A stretch of 64,000 bases of DNA from Marsupella aquatica (taxonomy: Eukaryota; Plantae; Marchantiophyta), in contig OZ316892.1 of NCBI GenBank assembly GCA_973895155.1, positions 448,917 to 512,916 on the forward strand. Reading direction: 5' to 3'. Each line of letters begins with the position of its first letter. Positions within the stretch are counted from its first letter, which is position 1. The translations under genes were made by a program, and so were the position numbers. Below, one piece after another: positions 55,972 through 64,000 of the stretch. The notes below the pieces were generated by a model, which did no database searches, had not been told where the DNA came from, and saw only the letters and a program-made list of their open reading frames with translations.

Positions 55972-58900
55972 ACAGGAATCACTCGACCGGTTAAGTGGGT
56001 AAAGCAGGAAGGCACCCTAGGAACACCTTAGTATAGTGACAAAACAAGGAAAATATAAACAATTAGGGGCAACCATGGAACCCGGGCAGAGGCCGGAGGT
56101 AAGGCTGAGGGTGAAAACCCGATTAGGGTTAGGGCGCGTTAAGCGTCGGCGGCTAGGAAGGATCAACGGGAAGAAGGACCGGCAGAGGAGAGGGGTAAGG
56201 AGCGCTTGCAGGAGATGGTGGCTCATTTGCGAGCACGAACTAGGCAGACGACTACGGGAGGCCAACTACTATCAGCTGCTTAGGCAAGCACTCGGGGAGA
56301 GAGTAGATACCGACGATCGACCTAAGGAGGGTATGAGCAACGTCAATCAAGCGGCACATTTCTGGGGATGCCTGTTCGAACAGGCAACTGAGTACATCAA
56401 GACTTACGAGGACGAGGAGTCAGAAAGGGCAGCTCGAGAACGGCAGGAGCTCACTCGATTGTGGGAGCTGCACAAGACGGCTTTCTTAGGAGGCGAACTC
56501 ATCAAGGACGAGTTCCTGTGGACGCCTACTTCCAATCAACTCGACGATCTTCTGTTTTGCAAAGACAGCGTCGTCGGCATCCGAGAGGCCATCAAGAACT
56601 GCAACGACATACACTGGGAATTAAAGGGTAGCACGGAAAGGTGGACCCGGGCAACGGTGCTAGGAGAAACCTCCACGGCAGCAGAGATGAAGAGGAAGGG
56701 AGCCGTCAACGATGAAGCCACCCCGGCAAAAAGAACGAGGTCGGCGGCACCAAAGAAGCCAGCCGAGCAGCAGAGCAGGAGGCAGGGAGAAGCCGAAGAG
56801 GAGGAGGTCGATCCCATCAAGGCCATTCCAACCAGGGATGACACCTGGAAGGGCTGGGCGGCAACCCTACCGGTGGAGGTGCAACTACATTTTGCACGGG
56901 AGGAGGATGCATGCTTTACGACCATGCAGACCAAGAAGTACCAAGGCTTCATGGCCGGATCCGGCTTGGAGGCCTTTGTAAGATTACCATGGCTGAAGCC
57001 GGAGGTACCGGAGTCAGACCTATTAGAATTCGTGGGGTCATGGGAACCCGAGACCAATTGCACGAGGATATATGGGAAGGATTTCTATCTTACTCCCAAG
57101 GTAATTGCCGAAGTGTTTGGCTTGCCGATGGGCAATAAGACCAAAGTTGATACCAGGAAGACCTTGCCTGACAAGGAGTTCCGGTCGTTCCCCGGGCCAT
57201 CAACGAAGAATGGCTTCTTCCGGAGCACCTGCACCAACCCGCACATAGGAGAGATGATCGACTTCTTGCGGGTGACCATGCATTGTAACTTGCCGAGGGC
57301 AGAGATCGGCAAGGCACAGGTCTATCTGGCAGAAAGGCCAGACCCAAGCCGGGACTACAACGGGTACCTCCTCAACCAATTGAAGAAGATCTTAAAGGAG
57401 GAGCAGCAGGTAATCGGCATGGGGAGCGTGTCGCGGCTTGGCTATCACATGCCGCTGTTGTGCCGGTATGCCAGAGGTCAGACTTTTGCCCCGGTACTTC
57501 CCCTGCAGGTAAGGGCACCCTAGGAAGCTCCAACACTGAGGCCGTTGGCTGAGAAGCCTCCACCACCTGTTAGTCCTACGATCGAGCAGGTGTTTAGGCC
57601 CAGGAAGGAAGACTTGCCGATGCAGCAACCAGGCATGTAGAGTCTGCTGAAACTACTGGAGAAAGAAAAGAAATCGGCATCGGCAACAACAACAACAACG
57701 GCAACGGCAACAATGCAGGACACTACTACAGAGGTAGGCCTACACCGGCTCACAAGAGAAAACCCCTTTGCTGGAGACAAGGAGAGAATCAGGCCGGAAT
57801 CCAAGCCAGGTGTTCGAATGTACGTGGGAACCTCAAGCTCCGAATCTGAGGCAGAATTGCCTGAAGCTCCTACCGACGAAGAGGAGAGGGAGAAGCCGGA
57901 CGTCCAAGAAGTAGAGGAGGCAGTGGAGGATTGCAGCCATGATAATTCCGGCTATGGGTCGGACCATCACATTCCAGGAGTAAGGACCTGTGGCCGGTTT
58001 GTCCCCACACTTCCAAGGGTAGTGCGAGGGGACCCCAACCAGCAGAGTAGCCCTGAGTCTCCCCCACCAGATGTTGCTCCCCCGAGCTTCGACGGCATAA
58101 AACAGACGGTGCAGGAATTTCAGGAGCGAATCAAGCAGGAGGAAGAGGCCGCCCTGGCTAAGGAAAAGGATTTACCAGGAGGAGATTGGCCGGAGGACAT
58201 CAGGCGGCTAGCCGAAAAAGGAAGCAAACCTCTAGCCACGATTGAAGAGATCCGCAGGACGGCGTGGGAGCAGAGGCCACGATGGGCGATGCCGATCACT
58301 TCTACTTACTCCACCTACGCTAAGAATAGAGCCATGGAGTATGGTGAGATGTGTGGGGAACTTGCGCTCGACATCTTTGGAGAGGAGTTGGAGGTAGGAC
58401 CCTTTTTCCATAGGGAGCAGTTGGAGAAGCACCAATTAGAAGAAGCGGTGGCTTTAGAGAGAAGCAAGAAGGACGAGGTCATTCGGCGGCTTAGGAGGAT
58501 GGGAGCCGAGATTGAAGATCTAAGGGCGGCCAAGAAAGCCCAAGATGAACTGCGGATTAAACGACATGAGCTGAACATCATGCAGGGGCAGTTGGACGCC
58601 GCGCAGGCTGATAATCAGAATATCAAGGATAAACTGGCTCAGACGCAGGAAGAGTTGGCCGACACGATCAAAGAGAGGGAGAAGTGGAAGCAAGAGCTGA
58701 AGAATACAGAGGAGGCCCACATAACAGCCAACAGCCGGGCCATGGCGGAGACCCAAAGAAAGGAATGGGCGTTGAAAGGGGAGCTCGAGAAAATCCGCGG
58801 AGCCCTTGAGCAGAAGGAGGTCGAGTTAGGGAAATCCTATCAAGGGATTATGGCGCTGCAGCAGGAGCTTGCGTCCCTGACGGCCAGCTTCAAGGCCGAC

Positions 58901-60616
58901 CTAAGGGAGAAGGACTAGATGCTCGAACAGACTTACGCCAAGATGAACCAGATGGAGTCTGTCATCATTGCAGAGCTCGACAAGGAGCTAAGAGCAACCC
59001 AGGAGGAGAGGGCTACCTTGAAGAAGGAATTGGAGGAAGCCCACAGGGAGCAGGAGGAGGCCAAAAACGAGCTGGAGGGGGCACGTAAGGACCTGGATGA
59101 AACCCAAGAGGAGTTGGAGGAAATCACGAGGAAGATGGAGAACCTACAGCGGCGGGCCGACAACCAAACAGAGCGGCTGAAGAAACAAGCCGCAGTATTT
59201 AAATGCTTAGCTGCAGCAGGTCCATCTCCCGTTGGGACAAACCAGTTACCAGGGGTGGTAATTGCCGAAGGACAAGCCGCGTCAACTGCACCAGTGCCGG
59301 AAGTAAGTGGGAAGGGGAAGGGACCAGCTGCTGAGCCACCAACGAAGAAGAAGTGGAAACCTCCAGGGTCAAGGAGTAATACGACTTCACAGGCCGTGGT
59401 GATCAAGGAGGTAGACCCAGCACCGACCCCAGACAGGGTCACGGCTAAGGATCCAACTACCCTAGGGGAAGGGGAGGCCGAAGCCGAGGGAGTGGCTGAA
59501 GCCGAAGCCGTGGGAGTGGCTGAGGCCGAAGCCGTGGGTATTGCCGAGGCCGGTGTCGAGGCTGAAGCCGAAGGTGGACCCAGTCAGGCCGATGGAGAGT
59601 TGACTCGGTCAAGGGCAGGTAATCTGTCAGTAGGCGGGCCAACGGCAGTGGCTGAGGAGGAAGTGTTGGGGGCGTCCATTGAGGATCCACCACCGGTGTC
59701 GTGACGGTGCAAGGGCGCCGTTCCTTTTAGGGAAGGCGGACGTGGAGGGAGGAGGCGTGAGTGGGCAGGGCGGGCGCGGATCTCCACGTTTAGGATTAGG
59801 ATCAGAACCAGGAGCGGCCCTGACACTTAGCTTAGTGGGATTGCGGTCCCACTGGTAGGAGCAACACTTGTGCTCCTGCCTTGCTGTACATAGGTAGATT
59901 CGGGCAAGTAGATTACTGTTAAGTAGATTAGGCTTACGATGCAAAGAATGGCGGATCCACTACCAGGATAAGTACCTGGGCAACGGGGAGCTCAGGGCCT
60001 CTTCTTTAGCAAGTTTTTAGTTTGCACCAGCCGGGCTGGGATCAAGTAGTACGAGAAGCTCTCGGTTAGTCATACAGTGACCCTTGTGTATATTCATGTT
60101 TCCTCATGCCTAAGAGCTGAATAGAGTTGGCCTCACGGCTTAGTTCGCAGAACTTGTGTATGAGATGTACTGTTTGTATGGCAAGTGCATGGTATGACTC
60201 AGTCAGAATGAGTCATTTTGCTATTTGTGTGTCGCATTAACTTGTGTGAAGAGTGCCCACATCAACAGAAGGAAGGAAAGTAAGCAGGGGAGTGAGAGTT
60301 GGATGTGTCGAGCTGAGAGAGGTCTTAGCGGCTTAACCAAGCCTATTGGGGATCATTCCGGCGGCGGAATCCAAACATACTTAACAGGAAGACAGGGGAA
60401 GACAGGGGAAGGCCTATATTAGGCCGGCTACGTATCTCATGACCCGATGAAGGATCTGTCCAGTATATGTGTGTAAAATGTTAATAGTAGTAGTAGAAGG
60501 TTAGCAGCGTCCCATGCCGCTAAGCCGCGGAAACGGCCTCGCCAAGCACGAAACCTGCGGGAATCGGCTTGAGCTGGGGGGTTTCTTGGGTTTAGGGAGC
60601 CATGGGACGCACCACA
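55960..60616 (+). repeat. Family B LTR4 (4657 bp), shared between units 3 and 4
   Basis: PPT-LTR-PBS; TG...CA. Confidence 0.95.
56075..59704 (+). pseudogene. LTR-encoded protein, LTR4 copy (private stops at 57521 and 57638 plus shared TAG at 58916)
   Basis: Same-frame fragments 56036-57523, 57713-58918, 58919-59704. Confidence 0.85.
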
Positions 60617-60685
60617 TTTTTGGCGCTAGATGGAGGGGGCATTTCTTAAGCCGTGAGATATGAAGTTAGAACGGAAGCGTAGGTA

Positions 60686-63679
60686 ATGACTGACCTTACG
60701 CCGAGGGAAGAAAGAGTGATTCAACGGGAGAGAGCTCGACTGCAGCAGCTCGCCGGGTGGCATGATACACAGCGACTGAGAGGGGCAGAAAGAGCTGGTA
60801 GCTCCGAAACTGGAAGTGGCGTCGAAGAAGACATACCAGAAGAAGAGTCGGTAAGGAGAAGTGAGTCTCCAACCGACATGGGGGAACCAGAGGCACGGCC
60901 AGACGAGAGGCCAGGGACCAGATTGAGCCAGCGGTCGCGCATACATTACAAAGCATTTCATGGGAGAGGAGATGAGGATCCGGACGAATGGTTGGATGAT
61001 TTCGAGGGAACCGCTGCAGCAAATGGAGAATCGGCCATCAAGATGTAGATTCTTCCCGGCCTGTTCAAGGGTGAGGCTAGGTCTTGGTACAGAGCATTAG
61101 ATGTGGAAGATCAAGCCATCTGGGATATCTTCAAAACACTCTTTGTTAAGGAGTTTCGACCCATTGGAACTTCAGAACTAGCAGTGCTGAAGTTGGGACA
61201 ACTTCGGTTCAAGGAGAACAAATCCTTCAGGAAGTTCTTGCAACGCTTTCAGAAACTGGTAAGACGTACAAAGACCAATGCATCTGAAGGTATGCAACTT
61301 CAATGGTTGGTGAATGCTTTGCCACAGAAGATGAGTTTTGCAATTAGGAAGGAGAACCCGGAGACTTTAGCCGAAGCAATTAAGGATATTCAATTATACA
61401 TTAATGCAGATATCACAAGCCGGAAGAAACAGCTTAAGTCTGAGAGTTCCTCATCAGAGGAGGGATCACCCCATAAGAAAAAAGATAAGAAGAAGAAACA
61501 TTCCAAGAAGTCTAGAAGTGATAAGTCAAGCTCGGATAGTGGGAGTAGCAAGAGTGAGTCATCTTCTAGTTCTGAAGAAGAAAAAACTAGGAAAAGGAAG
61601 GGCAGAAGGAGAGGGAAGACGAAAGTCAAGATGGAGGCTAAGCCACCAGATAACATCGTAGCCCTTACCGAGCAACTTAAGGCTATCATTGCAGAGGTAA
61701 AACCAAAGAAGAAGGTAGTACAGGAGGATAGCTCTGTATGGTGTGCCTTATGTTATAAAACCGGACACCATAAAGATGCGTGTCCTAAGCTTAATACTAA
61801 TCATGTTCGGCATGTGGCCGAGATCAGACCATGTCAGGGAGAAGTAGAGTACTTTTTGGGAGATGCCGCTAATAGTGTTTTCGGCATCAGTGAGACTGGA
61901 GCACGAGACCTATCCAACAGACCTGCATCTCTGTGGTCAGGATTAAGGAACAATCCAGGAGAGATGTATCCTCGGATTATTCAGAACCGGTCAGTACCTC
62001 CTAGGCCGAATGTGCAAAGATTTGCGGCGTGCTATAATTGTGGTCAACCTGGCCATTTTGCTAGAGAATGCCCGAATGCACGCAAACAGGGTGATGGACA
62101 ACCAGCTCAGCTATGTATGGGATGCCGACAGGAAGGTCATATGCTAGGGCAATGTCCTACTTGGTTGGCAGGCCTGGCCGCAAATCATAAGCTTTTGCCG
62201 ATCAAGATCTTACCGCCAGGTACTACCCCCGGAGGAGTTCAAATCAACCACATCGAACTAGGATGGCAAGAGGATGTCGAGGCAGAGTTCGTACCATCTG
62301 ATGATGAGGCCGAAGCCCTATCAACCTTCTCAGAGGAGGATTTAGATCATGATTGCTACCGGGTCTCTACTCGATCTACCAGAAGGAAGGAAAGGTGGGA
62401 TGGGCTGGCCAAAAATTAAGGGAAGGTTACGGAGGAAAGGATCGACTCTTCGTCAACATCAACAGAAGGAGAAGGGAGGGCTCCGGCAATACAGGTAAGC
62501 CATGAGCCCACCAGTGAAACCAATCCTTCACAAGATAGCGACTTCAATCGAGATCATCCTAAGTTGTTCTACCCCTCTGTTACGGCTAGTGTTAAGGAAC
62601 AACTAAGAGAATTAGAAACCCTGGAGAATACCGAAGCCATTGCCAAGGATGTAAAACGAGCAAAAGCATTGTTTGCTTCGGAAGACCCAACAGCTGTGGA
62701 GACTAGCGTGGCAAAACTGGCCGAATCCAAGACGGAAACACCACCAGAAGAGAAGCCGATTGTTCCCTATGACCTGGCTAAAGATGTACTAGAATCTAGA
62801 GTCTCGGCAACAGTAGGTCAACTATTGAAAAATAGCCCGTACTTCCGGAAGCAATTAAGGAAGGCTATTCTCGGCAAGCCGAGATTACCCAAGGTAGCAA
62901 CCAGATCCGACGTACTAATGATAGAAGAAGATCAAGGAGCCCCAGCATTACCATTAATGATTCAAGGAGAATTATTACTACGGGTACCCATCGATGGAGG
63001 ATCAGGGGTATGTATTATGATTGATTCAACAGCAAAAGGGTGGGGTCTAACACCGGAGATGACTGGAAGAGTGTTGAACATGGCCAATGGATATCAGGTC
63101 ATTCCGACGGGAGTGTTAACCGGCATCAAGACAGAGATAGGAGGTATCTTCTTTAGCATTAACTATGTAGTAATGAAGCCGGTAAATCCTACGTCATTCC
63201 GGCTATTGATTGGTAGGCCATGGCTGTACCTAGCCGAGGTAATAGAAGATTGGGGTAAAAAGCAGTTCACTTTCGGGACCCCCTCTATCACGGTATCCTG
63301 GGACACTAAGGATGACCGTAGGAAAAGCATAAGGGAAGTAGATGGGTACGATAGTGGACTGGAGTCAGCCGATGAAGTACGTTGGTTAGAATGCCTCACT
63401 AACCTAACCGAAGAAGGTGTCTTTGGACCAGAGGTACCCCCCAGCGGATTATGGCAAGAACCAATGGAAGGTGACTTGGAAGAAGAAGACGAAGAGGTCG
63501 AGGACTGCTTTACAATAGAATCCACCTTTTTAGCTGCAATTCCGGAGGAAGTTAAGGATGTAGACCAATTGGATGAAACGGCTAAGTGGGGAGCAGTAGT
63601 AGGGACAGTGGATTTTCTGCAGGCGTTGTGGCAGAGCCGACGGGGTCCACAACGCCATCGATCATCGGCAAGGAATTAA
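60686..63679 (+). pseudogene. gag: Gag-protease, unit 4, with two nonsense mutations
   Basis: CAG>TAG at 61046 and AAA>TAA at 62417 relative to units 1-3. Confidence 0.92.
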
Positions 63680-64000
63680 ATACCAAGGGATCGGCATACA
63701 AGCCGATTACGAGGGCAAAACAAATTGAGGCCCTATTAGAAGCCGAGAGAGCACAGCGGCCTAACTCTCAGGAGCAAGAGGTGGATGAGATGGACAGACA
63801 CGATCTAGAGCCAAGGCAGGAAGGGGAGCCGACCACTAATTCAAAACCGAATAGACCGGTAAGGGGACAATCTATGGACACCAAGGAAGGGACCGACTCG
63901 GCTAGTCCAGCCGAGATCCCAGTTTATGGAGGTATGAGATTAGAGAGACTGGAAGCCGAACTGGACCCGAATTTGAAGAAGCAGATTAATATGATCCAAG
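63586..64000 (+). CDS. pol: Start of pol frame, unit 4 (runs off window)
   Basis: Matches the first ~415 nt of the pol ORF of the other units. Confidence 0.85.
   Translation, partial: MGSSSRDSGFSAGVVAEPTGSTTPSIIGKELNTKGSAYKPITRAKQIEALLEAERAQRPNSQEQEVDEMDRHDLEPRQEGEPTTNSKPNRPVRGQSMDTKEGTDSASPAEIPVYGGMRLERLEAELDPNLKKQINMIQ

Larger units (their letters stand above)
23318..64000 (+). mobile_element. Tandem array of family-B Ty3/gypsy retrotransposons with shared LTRs (4 LTRs, 3 complete + 1 partial internal regions; continues beyond window)
   Basis: Near-identical units with period 10881/10884/10881 bp; every internal junction is PPT-LTR-PBS with no intervening host DNA. Confidence 0.97.

Noticed and set aside
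23386-63525. Numerous minus-strand ORFs of 60-200 aa
   Set aside because: Antisense shadows of long, biased plus-strand ORFs; they recur only because the DNA is repeated.

Overview
Eukaryotic, plant-type repetitive DNA with no host genes. Left to right: (1) the right end of a CACTA-type DNA transposon (1-2958), with ~578-bp and 83-bp tandem repeats, GTCATT subterminal motifs and a terminal ...TTTTCTTCTAGTG. (2) An older 'family B' LTR (B', 2959-4081 + 17626-20777), interrupted by a complete but decayed Ty3/gypsy element of 'family A' (4082-17620, 5-bp TSD AGGGC). (3) About 2.5 kb of unassigned spacer. (4) From 23318 to the window end, a head-to-tail array of a young family-B Ty3/gypsy element with shared LTRs (LTR-int-LTR-int-LTR-int-LTR-int..., period 10881-10884 bp), three units of which have intact gag-pro and pol. 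The most striking feature is that the very long LTRs of both families (4.0 and 4.66 kb) each carry a large sense-strand gene (~880 and ~1210 codons). The two proteins share a homologous plant-mobile-domain/Athila-ORF-like domain and a C-terminal coiled coil, and pol reads through the PPT into the LTR with no 3' spacer. Family B also has a clear candidate -1 ribosomal frameshift signal (G GAT TTT + perfect 10-bp stem/pseudoknot) between protease and RT. Domain names are from motif recognition by eye, not database searches.
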